A stretch of DNA of 64,000 bases. Source: Lingula anatina (taxonomy: Eukaryota; Animalia; Brachiopoda). The notes under the pieces are model-generated. The model searched no databases. It was given only the letters and a program-made list of their open reading frames with translations, and had not been told where the DNA came from. Positions 63,852 to 64,000 of the stretch are shown one piece after another. The position numbers and the translations under genes are program-made. The first letter of the stretch is position 1. Every line of letters starts with the position of its first letter. The stretch is from assembly GCA_051362555.1 (NCBI GenBank), contig CM120642.1, positions 10,168,001 to 10,232,000 on the forward strand. Reading direction: 5' to 3'.

Positions 63852-64000
63852 AAATATACCAATGAGTGAGCATACCTCTCCACTGACATGACACTGACAA
63901 CCTGGAAACAAAACCTGCTGACCTGTATACCAACTTAAACCACGGCTAGCGCGTAGAACAAAAGACTCGGCCGTGCTGTATTCGACATACAAGCACGTCA
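63344..64000. mobile_element. Same CACTG-type element in A5 intron 1 (partial; unrelated sequence begins ~63935)
   Basis: Starts aa|CACTGAGAATAAAATC and is collinear with 45209-45758, then diverges. Confidence 0.75.

Larger units (their letters stand above)
46431..64000. repeat. Segmental tandem duplication, unit 2 (runs to window end)
   Basis: Near-identical to unit 1, plus an extra 2158-bp segment (55243-57400) and a solo LTR. Confidence 0.9.

Overview
This is intron-containing, AT-rich, repeat-rich animal DNA, most likely from an invertebrate (the species cannot be told from the sequence). It is not prokaryotic: I see no operons, rRNA or CRISPR. The window is a tandem array in which two unrelated gene families alternate. 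(1) Five minus-strand copies (A1-A5) of a 3-exon gene, which I spliced by hand into a ~604-aa protein: signal peptide, Ser/Thr-rich stalk, somatomedin-B-like CxCDxxCxxxxDCC motif, two Cys-rich modules like those in ectodomains of invertebrate Methuselah-like/adhesion-type GPCRs, and a C-terminus shaped like a GPI-anchor signal instead of a 7TM domain. A2-A4 are intact, A1 has lost the anchor, and A5 runs off the window. (2) Five plus-strand copies of a 2-exon secreted, collagen-less globular C1q-domain gene: two intact, one stop-loss variant and two pseudogenes. A recent ~16-18 kb tandem duplication (about 30.7-46.4 kb vs 46.4-64 kb) has its breakpoint near the 3' end of A exon 1, which would make A4 a chimera. 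Both families show clustered amino-acid changes in short segments, and one C1q gene is mosaic. Comparing paralogous copies gives empty and filled sites for many transposons (Tc1/mariner, CACTG-type, solo LTR, Helentron-like, CAG-terminal MITEs). Academ-like and Kolobok-like elements are called from their termini alone. Any functional link between the two gene families is a hypothesis. All family assignments come from motif recognition, with no database search.
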